From the NCBI GenBank assembly GCA_963737905.1, contig CAVTUQ010000025.1:192001-256000 (forward strand): DNA of 64,000 nt, given 5' to 3'. Within the stretch, counting starts at the first letter, position 1. Each line of letters opens with the position of its first letter. This DNA comes from an uncultured delta proteobacterium. Lineage in GTDB: Bacteria > Desulfobacterota > Binatia > UBA9968. The notes under the pieces were generated by a model. That model had not been told where the DNA came from and searched no databases. It worked only from the letters and a program-made list of their open reading frames with translations. Of this stretch, positions 47,726 through 57,019 are shown in pieces. The position numbers and the translations under genes are program-made.

Positions 47726-49144
47726 ATGGCGTCCGCTGACATTCTCGAATTGAATTTGACCGACCTTTCGCGGCTCATTGCCGCGCGGGAGCTATCATCG
47801 TCGGAGGCAACGAGGACGGCTCTGGCACGTTTGGAGCTGCTGGAAAGCAAACTCAATGCCTTCATCACCGTTCTTCGCGAGCAAGCGCTCGCAGAAGCAA
47901 AGAAGGCGGATGAAGAAATCGCGTGCGGAAACTATCGCGGCGCTCTTCACGGGATTCCTATTACGATCAAAGACATGTTTGAGACGGCCGGCGTGCTTAC
48001 CACAGGGGGTTCAAAGATTTTGGCGGAGTGGGTTCCCGAGACGGACTCGGCATTAGTGGAGCGTCTCCGAGCTGCCGGAGCGATCATTCTAGGAAAGACG
48101 AACCTGGATGAATTCGGTCATGGCGGCACGTCGACACTCTCCCATTTTGGCCCGGTCCACAACCCATGGGACATCGAGCGTATCGCGGGCGGATCAAGCG
48201 GTGGCTCAGCGGCTGCGGTTGCGTCGGGCATAGGGCCCCTCTCCTACGGTACCGAGACTGGCTCATCAGTACGCCGCCCGGCATCCTATTGTGGGATCAC
48301 CGGCTTTAAACCAACCTTCGGCATCATCAGCCGGCATGGCTCGTTCCGGGGAGCCTGGAGCCAGGATCACGTCGGGCTATTTGCCCGTTCAGTGAAGGAT
48401 ATCGCGCTGGGGTTGGACCCGGTGGCCGGCTACGACGCGCGGGATCCGGCGAGTGTGCACCAAGACAATCCGAGTTACGCGTCACGGCTCGACGCAAACG
48501 TGAAAGGGCTGAGAATCGGCGTGCTCCGGCGTTTTCTCGAGGGAGCGAATCCCGCAGTGAGACAAGCACTTGATGCTGCGCTCAAAGTCCTTGCCAGCGC
48601 AGGATGCGAGATCGTCGACTTGGAGATTCCCGAGATCCGCTATGCGGCGATGACTTCGATGATGACTAGCTCCGCCGAGAGCGCTGGGATCAACCGCCGC
48701 TGGTTCCGGGAGCACTATCATGATTTCGTTCCTCACGTGAGCCGGGGCTTGGCAGTGGGCATGACCATCACCGCCTCTGAATATCTAACGGTCCAGCGCG
48801 CGCGACACCGTATCCGCGAGGCGCTACGCGCAACGTATGAAAAGGTGGATGTTATCGCCTCGCCAACGACCAGCAGAGTTGCGCCGCTTCTGTCGGAAGG
48901 GCTCAAGGGCAATGGGGACGACACCCGCCACGCGAGTTACAATCATTCGAATCTCTTGCGCTTCCCCAGTATGCTCGGGTTGCCGGGCTGCTCGCTGCCT
49001 TGCGGGATCAATCCCGAAGGTCTGCCGATGGGGCTGCAATTAGTCGCCGGTTGGTTCGCTGATCAGACGGTCTTGAACACTGCGTTGGCGTACCAGAGCG
49101 CGACGGAGTGGCACACGCGACGTCCGGCGATCGCCGGCGTGTAG
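47726..49144 (+). CDS. Amidase signature family protein
   Basis: IKD, GKTNLDEF, GGSSGGSAAAV, GTETGSSVRRPA and GLPMGLQ. Confidence 0.92.
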   Translation: MASADILELNLTDLSRLIAARELSSSEATRTALARLELLESKLNAFITVLREQALAEAKKADEEIACGNYRGALHGIPITIKDMFETAGVLTTGGSKILAEWVPETDSALVERLRAAGAIILGKTNLDEFGHGGTSTLSHFGPVHNPWDIERIAGGSSGGSAAAVASGIGPLSYGTETGSSVRRPASYCGITGFKPTFGIISRHGSFRGAWSQDHVGLFARSVKDIALGLDPVAGYDARDPASVHQDNPSYASRLDANVKGLRIGVLRRFLEGANPAVRQALDAALKVLASAGCEIVDLEIPEIRYAAMTSMMTSSAESAGINRRWFREHYHDFVPHVSRGLAVGMTITASEYLTVQRARHRIREALRATYEKVDVIASPTTSRVAPLLSEGLKGNGDDTRHASYNHSNLLRFPSMLGLPGCSLPCGINPEGLPMGLQLVAGWFADQTVLNTALAYQSATEWHTRRPAIAGV

Positions 49145-49223
49145 ACTGAGAGTTTGGTATTGTATTCCCTGGCGACCTTTGCGCCTTTGCTGGAGAAATC
49201 TTTCAATCTCTAAGGAGTATCGG

Positions 49224-50762
49224 ATGGTTCAGAAAAAAGCCGAAGTCAGCCGCAGAGATTTTTTGAAGCGAAGCGCCGCGCTTGGCGCCGGCGTTGCGAT
49301 GGGATCTTACCTTTACCGCAACGCCTCCGCGGCTTCCAATGACCGCGTCACCATCTATCAAAACACCGGCGCTGACTCGATTAATCCCTACAATCAAAGC
49401 TCCGGTTCTATTTACGGCAATTGGCAGCATGTCATAGAACCTCTCATCGAGCTGGACTATGCAAAAAAGGCTTGGGTTGGCGTCCTTGCCGAGTCGTGGG
49501 AATTTCAGGGAAAGCGATGGGTGTTCAAACTCAAAAAAGGCATCAAGTTTCATAACGGCGCGCCGTTGACCTCAAAGGACGTCGTGTTCTCGGTCGAAAA
49601 GATGCGCGATGAAAAGGGCGGCAGCCTGCAGGCGTCGAACTTCAGCGACGTCACGGAAATACAAACTCCGGATGATCAGACGGTTATCTTCGTCACCAAG
49701 CAACCCTTGGCGATTTTCTTGGATCGATTGAGAAACCGTTTCATCCTCAGCAAGGTCGCCGGCGACAAGTACGGCGATCAGTTGTATCAAAATCTAGTCG
49801 GCACCGGCCCCTATAAGTTTGTCAGCTTCCAGCGCGGCGGCAACCTGGTCTTCACCCGCAACGACGACTATTGGGGCGGCAAAGCAGCGATCAAAGAAGT
49901 TGTGTTTCGCAAAGTCACCGAGGACGCCGCGCGCCTCGCGGCATTGGAGTCAGGCCAGGCCGATTTCATCAATGCCATTCCCGTTCATGAGGTGGCGCGG
50001 TTGCAGCGTCACCCGCGCGTCAGAATCGATCAGATTGAAGGATTAGAGATGTATTTTTTGATGATGAATGTCGCCCATAAGCCCTTCGACAACAAGCTGG
50101 TGCGCCAGGCGGTGAACTACTCCGTCGATGCGCCGGCCATAGTCAGAAATATTTTTGATGGCATCGGTTATACGATCGAGGGTCCGGTCGGACCCCGCGT
50201 CATCGGCGCCGATCCGAAACTGAAACGCTATCCTTACGATCCCACGAAGGCCAAGGAACTCTTGGCGCAGGCGGGCTATCCCCAAGGCTGCGATGTGCAG
50301 TTCTATTATTCAGCCGGTCGGTATCCGAAAGACCGCGAAGTGTGTCAGGCAGTGGCCGCCCAGATGGTCAAAGGCGGGTTTAGAGTGGAGCTCATCTCCC
50401 AGGAATGGGTTCTGTTCTGGGGGCCGGAAGGCGTCAATGGCGGCAAGCTGCCTTTTTACTACAACAACCGCGGCTCGTTGACGGATGCGGATACGTTTTA
50501 CGACCAGTATTTTCGCACGGGCACCACCAAGCGCTGCAATTACAGCAACCCGGAGTTAGACAAAATCATCGATGAAGAACAGAAAATCCCCGACATCAAA
50601 AAGCGCATTGTCTTGCTACACCAGGCCGGGAAGATTCTCATGGAGGACGCGCCGTTTGTGCCGCTATACAACCTCGCGTCCATCTACGGCGCGGCGAAGA
50701 ATCTGGCGTGGAAGATGAGACCCGATGAGAAGGTGCTCGGCTGGGATATGAAGATCGTATAG
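49224..50762 (+). CDS. ABC transporter substrate-binding protein, family 5 (peptide/nickel type), Tat-exported
   Basis: SRRDFLK twin-arginine signal; LAESW, KFHNG, GTGPY and VRQA. Confidence 0.92.
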   Translation: MVQKKAEVSRRDFLKRSAALGAGVAMGSYLYRNASAASNDRVTIYQNTGADSINPYNQSSGSIYGNWQHVIEPLIELDYAKKAWVGVLAESWEFQGKRWVFKLKKGIKFHNGAPLTSKDVVFSVEKMRDEKGGSLQASNFSDVTEIQTPDDQTVIFVTKQPLAIFLDRLRNRFILSKVAGDKYGDQLYQNLVGTGPYKFVSFQRGGNLVFTRNDDYWGGKAAIKEVVFRKVTEDAARLAALESGQADFINAIPVHEVARLQRHPRVRIDQIEGLEMYFLMMNVAHKPFDNKLVRQAVNYSVDAPAIVRNIFDGIGYTIEGPVGPRVIGADPKLKRYPYDPTKAKELLAQAGYPQGCDVQFYYSAGRYPKDREVCQAVAAQMVKGGFRVELISQEWVLFWGPEGVNGGKLPFYYNNRGSLTDADTFYDQYFRTGTTKRCNYSNPELDKIIDEEQKIPDIKKRIVLLHQAGKILMEDAPFVPLYNLASIYGAAKNLAWKMRPDEKVLGWDMKIV

Positions 50763-50804
50763 ACGGGTACAACGCCAACCCTAGATTTTTTTGACTATCT
50801 TGTT

Positions 50805-51917
50805 CTATTTCGGTTTACCCTGCGCCAATACTTCGTCGACGAGCTTCCGTAAAGGCTTTACGTCTTCGTATTGGGGTAGGCTCGAGAGAAGATACTTGCC
50901 CCCTTCTTTCGGGACCTGCTCATCCTTGTAGGGAATAATATCCTTAGGGATATCCGTCCGAAAGGAGTTTCTGCCAGTTAATTTCTGCCATATCATTTGG
51001 CCGTCACGCGACAAGAACCAGTTCAAGTAGACCTGGGTAGCGTTGGGATGGGGAGCGTTTTTGAAAGCGATGATGTGCCCGGAGCCCGTGCTGATCGTGT
51101 CGCCTTCTTTTTCACTGAAAATCTGTACCACCGGCAAGCCCTGTTTGCGTGCGTTTTCCGTGTTCTCCAGTTTCGCCAGCACGTGCATGTGATATTTGCC
51201 CGAGCCGACCCAGTCCATCATTTGGTGCTCGTTCTCTGCGAAAGTGACTTGTGTCTCGGTCAGAAGCCGTCTAATGAACTTCGGGCCGAGATCAGGACTG
51301 TAATAGATGAATCGCCAGTTGCCGATGTTGCCGGCGGAGTCCGGGTCCGTCATGACGATCTTGCCTCTATACTTGGCCGCAAGCAGGTCCCACCAGGACT
51401 GAATTTCGCCAGGCTTGATGAAATTCGTATTGATCGCCCCGATACCCGACCCGGCGTCTCCCTGAGCCATAAAAACGTGCTGCCCTTCGGGATCGGAATA
51501 AAGGTGCTTCTTGGACCACCATTTCGTCTGATCCACGACTTCGGGAAGAATCAATAGCGGCGGAATCGGCTGCAAAAGTCCCGCCTTGTGATAGACCAAC
51601 ACCATGGTTCCACCGCCGCCAAGGCTAAGGTCGACGAGGTGTTTGCCCGCTCTTTTCTCCGCCATGACCTTCTTGGCCAGGTCGCTTCCCGATCCGCCGA
51701 CAAAATTGATTTTGATCTTCGGATAGGCGTCTTTGAAAGCAAGAATGGCTTTGCCGACTCCGGCGCGCGATTGCCCGTAGATAGTAACTTCGCCTTCCTT
51801 TTCAGCGGCGGCTACGGTCTTTTCCCAGTCCTGTTTCCAATCGCCGTGGACGGCAGCGGCAAGAGCACCGTTAAGGAACAGCGCTGTTAACAAACTTGTT
51901 TTCACTGAAGTTCTCAC
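50805..51917 (-). CDS. ABC transporter extracellular solute-binding protein (Fe3+/polyamine-like class)
   Basis: Signal peptide, WEKTVAAAEKEGEV and APHPNA..YLNWFLSRDGQ. Confidence 0.85.
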   Translation of the reverse strand: MRTSVKTSLLTALFLNGALAAAVHGDWKQDWEKTVAAAEKEGEVTIYGQSRAGVGKAILAFKDAYPKIKINFVGGSGSDLAKKVMAEKRAGKHLVDLSLGGGGTMVLVYHKAGLLQPIPPLLILPEVVDQTKWWSKKHLYSDPEGQHVFMAQGDAGSGIGAINTNFIKPGEIQSWWDLLAAKYRGKIVMTDPDSAGNIGNWRFIYYSPDLGPKFIRRLLTETQVTFAENEHQMMDWVGSGKYHMHVLAKLENTENARKQGLPVVQIFSEKEGDTISTGSGHIIAFKNAPHPNATQVYLNWFLSRDGQMIWQKLTGRNSFRTDIPKDIIPYKDEQVPKEGGKYLLSSLPQYEDVKPLRKLVDEVLAQGKPK

Positions 51918-52268
51918 GCGACACCCCCTGGAAACGTCTTAGAGTAAAAAACTATTCCCATACGGCCACGGGTGAACCTTAATCCTTCTCATGAAGAGAA
52001 ACAATGAACCGACCCCTGGAACACGACCTCAAGGTATTAGCAGCAGTGTAACGGTTTGCGAATTTGGGTACGGGGGATCAAATATGCTTTTTTAGGTAGG
52101 TTGACTTCAAGGTCGGAAAGCTGTCCTGATTTGAACGGAATCAAAGACGCCTTCACTGTTCGATGGGAAGTCGCCGAGCAGGTTCCTATGAAGCCTTTTA
52201 GGAAGATAAGGCGGCAGGTTTTCTCTCGCACAATCGTTAGGGCAATTAGCGAGGCTTGAACACAGGCG

Positions 52269-52850
52269 CTAGATTTTTCCCTGAGACCTCAGATACTCGA
52301 TTCGCTCTCTCACAATTTCTCCCAAGTCCAAGGTGGGTAAACCATCCGGGAGCGGAAGCGATTCTGCTCCAAGTTGCGAGAGCTTCTCATTCAGGCCATG
52401 AAGACTAGAACGAACCCGCTCGTAGTCTTCGAGGTACTGCCGACATGCTAAAATATTTTCGTCGATTTCCTCCAGACATTTGCACAATCTCCGGCTTTCT
52501 TGGGTGAATATCTGCCGCAGATGATCGACATTCGCCTGTATGATCTGCTCCTCCACAGGCCGTATTTGCTTGGCAATCTCGTTCTTCATGTCCTGTAGCG
52601 CTTGCAGCAACCGTTCGAATGATTCTTCCTCTCTCATGAGATCCTCCGGCATTTGTATTCTTGGCTCCTTCATCGCGATATAGTGCTTCGCGAGCGACTC
52701 TGACACTCTTTTTTGGACGATCGACAATGCCGCCTTGGTATCGCGGATTTTTTCCTCGATCCTGGTTTCATCTGCCAATAATTTTGCTAGCCTTTCGACC
52801 GCTGTCGACGCGGACACTATTCTATCCTCCCGATAATCACTCGACTCCAT
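52269..52850 (-). CDS. Hypothetical coiled-coil protein
   Basis: About 193 aa, Glu/Arg/Leu-rich heptads. AGGGA upstream of ATG 52850. Confidence 0.7.
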   Translation of the reverse strand: MESSDYREDRIVSASTAVERLAKLLADETRIEEKIRDTKAALSIVQKRVSESLAKHYIAMKEPRIQMPEDLMREEESFERLLQALQDMKNEIAKQIRPVEEQIIQANVDHLRQIFTQESRRLCKCLEEIDENILACRQYLEDYERVRSSLHGLNEKLSQLGAESLPLPDGLPTLDLGEIVRERIEYLRSQGKI

Positions 52851-53023
52851 AGTGTGCGGTTCCCTAGACCCAGACAAGACTTGTTTCTACCCAGTCCAAA
52901 TCCAAACTGCAAGCGGCCATGGTGAAGTTGCTTTTAACACGCAACCCACTGCCAGCCAATCGGTTCGCTAAATCTTCCCGTCCTCGGAAAAACGGTGCCG
53001 GGAAGAGCATGACGATATGAAAA

Positions 53024-53102
53024 TTATCCACAGCTGTGCATAAGTCCAGTTTAATAATAAACATCAAGTTCTTACCTGAAAGACTCCACAGACTTATGAA
53101 CA
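53024..53102. promoter_or_regulatory. DnaA-box cluster
   Basis: TTATCCACA (53024-53032), inverted TGTGCATAA (53035-53043) and TTATGAACA (53094-53102), with AT-rich sequence between them. Confidence 0.65.
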
Positions 53103-53318
53103 AATACAGAGTTTTCAGAGCGAAAATTTTCTTCATCCGCACGATTTTTTTCTTGACAATCCAAGAGGTCATGACTATGAAATGCTCCTTGCGCCCCCTG
53201 CTGGGGAAACAATTTTCAGCTCGTACGACAACAAAAAATTTACCGCTGTCGCGGAATTCAGAGAGGCGTTCACAAAAAGCGTACGGCCAATAGTCGTTCC
53301 AATAAGGAGGACAGACAA

Positions 53319-54602
53319 ATGATCGAACTTCTTAGATCGCAAGAAGATGAAGGAACGTTTGAAAGTTATTTTGGGTTTCGCGAAACGCCATTTGGTGTGA
53401 CGCCGGACCCCCGCTTCTTCTACAGCCATCCACTCTATCTGGAAGGATTGGCGGCGCTGGTTTACGGAATCAAAGCCAAGAAGGGGCTGATGATGCTCAC
53501 GGGTGAAGTGGGAACAGGTAAGACGATCCTCCTGCGTAAGCTGATGCGTCAGCTCGAAACAACCGTCCAATTCGTCTTCATCTCCAGTAGTCATATTACT
53601 TCTTACGGGTTGGTCGAACTCATGATCCAAGACCTTGGCCTGGCTAACAGGGAAAAAAATAGGACAGAAATGATTCACGAACTCAATGATCACCTGCTGC
53701 AGCAACTCAAAAAAGGTCAAACGGTGGCCTTGCTGATCGACGAAGGCCAAAACTTAAGCGATGATGCACTCCAAGGGCTGTGCAGTCTCTCGAATTTAGA
53801 AACCGAAGAGGAAAAACTGCTCCAGATCGTCCTAGTAGGACAACCGGAATTAGCGACCCGATTGAGTAAATCCTCCTTTCGGCGAATCAAGCAACGGATT
53901 GCTATTCACCACCGACTCTACTCGCTGCAAACGATCGGGGAGGTAGAAGATTATATTCGTCACCGCCTTCGGATAGTGGGTTACGAAGGCCCAGAGATTT
54001 TCAATAGAGAAGCGATCGAAGCCGTTTGGTATTATTCCGCGGGAACGCCGCGGTTAATCAATATCGTCTGCGATAGTGCGCTTGCGATGACCTGTCAGAG
54101 TTTCAAAAAGAAGGTCTCTGCCTACATGGTCATGAAGGCCGCCAGCGCTCTCCTTTTGGAGCGGGGGCACGAAGCCTCCAAGCTCGGAGGGCCGGACGTT
54201 GGCGTTCCCAGAGTCAAAACTCCGACAAGGATCCATCAGAAAAGGACGGAAGCCAATGGAACCACAATCCACACAGACGATACCCTTCAAAGACCCGTCG
54301 TTTATCTTCGCACCGCCGACCAGGTATCGGTATCTCAGAGGGAGGCGAAAAGCACCACCGTCTGCGCGCAATTTTTCGATTATATGGCTCGTATAGCCAC
54401 CGCAGCCATGGGACCCATGGCCCATCTGGTTCTCCGTGATCAAATTGCCGCGCTTGGCGAATCGCGGGATGCTTTTCCGCAAATGAAGCTCCGACAACTC
54501 ATCGACTTGGTTAGCCGGGAGATTTTGAATGAAACGATGAGAGATCGTTTTCAGGACATGATGCTCCAAGAGATGGACGCACTCCAGCCTCTGCATGGCT
54601 GA
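53319..54602 (+). CDS. ExeA/GspA-type AAA ATPase with a C-terminal helical domain
   Basis: YFGFRETPFGVTPDPRF, GEVGTGKT, LIDEGQ, LVGQPEL and GTPRLIN. AGGAGG RBS. Confidence 0.9.
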   Translation: MIELLRSQEDEGTFESYFGFRETPFGVTPDPRFFYSHPLYLEGLAALVYGIKAKKGLMMLTGEVGTGKTILLRKLMRQLETTVQFVFISSSHITSYGLVELMIQDLGLANREKNRTEMIHELNDHLLQQLKKGQTVALLIDEGQNLSDDALQGLCSLSNLETEEEKLLQIVLVGQPELATRLSKSSFRRIKQRIAIHHRLYSLQTIGEVEDYIRHRLRIVGYEGPEIFNREAIEAVWYYSAGTPRLINIVCDSALAMTCQSFKKKVSAYMVMKAASALLLERGHEASKLGGPDVGVPRVKTPTRIHQKRTEANGTTIHTDDTLQRPVVYLRTADQVSVSQREAKSTTVCAQFFDYMARIATAAMGPMAHLVLRDQIAALGESRDAFPQMKLRQLIDLVSREILNETMRDRFQDMMLQEMDALQPLHG

Positions 54603-54614
54603 CGAGGAGAAACA

Positions 54615-55367
54615 ATGGATCAAGAATCACGACGTGTCAGTCTTAAGTGGAAAATCGGTGGCACCTTTGCAGGCGTGATGTTACTCCTGGGACTTTTCGT
54701 GATGGTCGCAGTCTATCAGACCACAAAAAGCGCGCTGCAGGACCAACTCGATCAGCGAGTGCTGCTCATGGCCAACACTTTCAGCGCTGCCGCCGCGGGA
54801 CACATCGCGGGAGGAAATCTTTTAGCGCTTCATGCTCTCGCAAGAAAGTACACGCTTCTCGACGGCGTAGCGTTCGCTTTTATCGAAAACAGCAAAGGCG
54901 AGGTCATCGTCCATACCTTGGGAGATTTTCCTCCGGAACTCCAGCAACGGCTTCCGATCACGGAACAACGGCAGATCTACCGCCGAGAACTATCATTGGC
55001 AGGAAGAACCGTGGTCGCAGTCGGTATGCCTATTCTTGAGGGACAGTTAGGAACTGTGCATGTGGGATTCTGGGGAGATACTGTAGAAAAAGAGATCCAA
55101 CGCACCCTGCGGCCGCTGGTCGGAATCATGGCCATCGTGCCCTTGATCGGCGCGTTGGTCTCGTTTTTTTTGGCGCATTGGATTGTTCGACCCATCGTTG
55201 GCTTAACAGAAATCGCGGGCAAGGTGACCATGGGTGACCTCGAAACGTCGGTCAGTGAAAAATGTGTAAGATCGCGCGACGAGATTGGCGACCTGGCCCG
55301 TTCGCTGGAGCGCATGCGCTCCAGCCTGAAAGCGGCTATGTTGCGTCTAGGTCGGGAAATTGCGTGA
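54615..55367 (+). CDS. Membrane protein with a HAMP domain and no output domain
   Basis: Two TM helices, RPIVGL...GDL...RDEIGDLARSLERMR, then a stop. Confidence 0.85.
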   Translation: MDQESRRVSLKWKIGGTFAGVMLLLGLFVMVAVYQTTKSALQDQLDQRVLLMANTFSAAAAGHIAGGNLLALHALARKYTLLDGVAFAFIENSKGEVIVHTLGDFPPELQQRLPITEQRQIYRRELSLAGRTVVAVGMPILEGQLGTVHVGFWGDTVEKEIQRTLRPLVGIMAIVPLIGALVSFFLAHWIVRPIVGLTEIAGKVTMGDLETSVSEKCVRSRDEIGDLARSLERMRSSLKAAMLRLGREIA

Positions 55368-55403
55368 GCTACCCTTCGAGCCTCTATCTAGTCGCTGCCA
55401 GAG

Positions 55404-55739
55404 TTAGCTCTTCTTCTCGTTCAGCTGGCGCTTCCAACCCAGCGTTCTCGCCTGGGCACCGATATGTTCGGCCTCGGCGATCATTCCCTTTTGCTGGTAG
55501 AAAATCGACAAACTCGTGTAAGCCAACTCATCGTCGGGAGCGATCTCAATGAGTTTCTTTCCCACTTCAATCGCCTCGTCCAGTTTCTCCTGGTGCGCAT
55601 AGGTCATCGCCAAAGCGTGAAGGGCATCCACATAGTTGGGGTCCTCTTGGAGAGCTCGCTGATAGGCTGCGATAGCCTCGTCGAGCCTATCCTGGGTAAA
55701 AAGCTCCATCCCTTCGTTGTAGTGATCTTCCTTGTTCAC
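55404..55739 (-). CDS. Tetratricopeptide repeat protein
   Basis: EAIAAYQRALQEDPNYVDA and EAIEVGKKLIEIAPDD repeats. GTG 55739 is the probable start. Confidence 0.85.
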   Translation of the reverse strand: MNKEDHYNEGMELFTQDRLDEAIAAYQRALQEDPNYVDALHALAMTYAHQEKLDEAIEVGKKLIEIAPDDELAYTSLSIFYQQKGMIAEAEHIGAQARTLGWKRQLNEKKS

Positions 55740-55747
55740 AGCTTTTA

Positions 55748-56902
55748 CTAATTGGGTTTCGGATTTCCCGTGGGGGCGATGGCGCTTTGGGGGGCAATCG
55801 AAGGCTGTGGATTGGCTTGCTCGGGCCGACATTGTTGGAGCAGAAGTTTTTTCAGCATCACGGGATTGACGGGCTTTTTGAAGATGACGCCCTGCAGTCC
55901 CTCCAAACAGCTTCTCTTGATAATATGGTCTCTGTCGTAATTGAACGCGGTCATCAGGACCACCGGAAGATTGGGCATCTTCTTTTTTGACGCTTGATAT
56001 AATTCGTAGCCGTCCATGTCCGGCATCACCACGTCACTTAGCACAACATCGAAGTCCTGCCGGCCCAGCCATTCCATGGCGACAACCCCGGATGCAGCAG
56101 TCTCAATATTGCATCCTTCCTCTTCCAAAAGATCCTTGAGGGACTGACAGATTCCGGCGTCGTCATCGACCACCAGAATTCTTAGCCCGCTCAACGGATA
56201 GCGGCTATCCTGCTTCGAGCGCTCCAAGCATCTCTTGGCGCCATCCATATTAAGATCAGTCATCATTTTGCCGTTGAGGTATTCCTTAGTGTCGTACTCT
56301 CCCTCCTCAGCCATTTGCCCGATTCGGCCCGTGATGTCCTGGATCTTCTTTATCTGAGACGCAACGCACTCAAGACGCTCCGCTTCGACGACATAGTCTT
56401 CGTCGGTGGCGACCCGTCCAACATATTTCTGGAGCATCTCCAGCTGGTTAACCAGGACCTCCAACGAATTGTTGATCTCGTGGGACAACCCAATCGCGAA
56501 TTCGCAGAGTGTCGCTAGTTGGTCTCGCCGCCTGAGTTCGCGTATGTCTTTCGCAAAGCCGATGGAACCCGACTCTTTTCCATCATCGTCGTAAATAATG
56601 GATGCGGAGATCGCAACAGGAATTTTCTCGCCCTTTTTGGTTTTGAAAATAGTTTCAAAATTTCTGACACGTCCTTTGCCCTCGCCTTCATCGGCCCGCA
56701 TCTCCGCCATCACCCTGCGCGCTTCGTCAATATCAGGATACACCTCGAGGACGTTCTTTCCTAAAACCTCTTCCGCTGAAAAACCCAGGTTCTGTCTAGC
56801 GCCGTCGTTGTAGAAAGTAATGGTTCCCTGCCGATCAACGGCAATGATGATGTCCGGACAACTCTCGACGAGCTTCTGAAAGTATTGTGGGAGGAGCGAC
56901 AT
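55748..56902 (-). CDS. PAS-DHp-REC signalling protein lacking a HATPase domain
   Basis: PAS (DRQGTITFYN...LGFSAEEVLG), LSHEINN, REC VVDDD/SDVVMP/KKP. Confidence 0.85.
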   Translation of the reverse strand: MSLLPQYFQKLVESCPDIIIAVDRQGTITFYNDGARQNLGFSAEEVLGKNVLEVYPDIDEARRVMAEMRADEGEGKGRVRNFETIFKTKKGEKIPVAISASIIYDDDGKESGSIGFAKDIRELRRRDQLATLCEFAIGLSHEINNSLEVLVNQLEMLQKYVGRVATDEDYVVEAERLECVASQIKKIQDITGRIGQMAEEGEYDTKEYLNGKMMTDLNMDGAKRCLERSKQDSRYPLSGLRILVVDDDAGICQSLKDLLEEEGCNIETAASGVVAMEWLGRQDFDVVLSDVVMPDMDGYELYQASKKKMPNLPVVLMTAFNYDRDHIIKRSCLEGLQGVIFKKPVNPVMLKKLLLQQCRPEQANPQPSIAPQSAIAPTGNPKPN

Positions 56903-57019
56903 ATTGGACTTGACGCGTTGTAACATGATAAGTCGAACCTTTAGGCGAATGCAAGAGTCTGAGACGACATCATGTTAACGTGCCTTAAGCCCTAGGTCAT
57001 CCCAACAATCCCCGACTAG

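Noticed and set aside
47530-49144. gatCA(B) amidotransferase operon
   Set aside because: No gatB follows, the amidase lacks GatA-typical EFAMG/SDTGGS motifs, and glnS is present.
52037-52259. Short ORFs of 64-67 aa on both strands
   Set aside because: No RBS or motif support.
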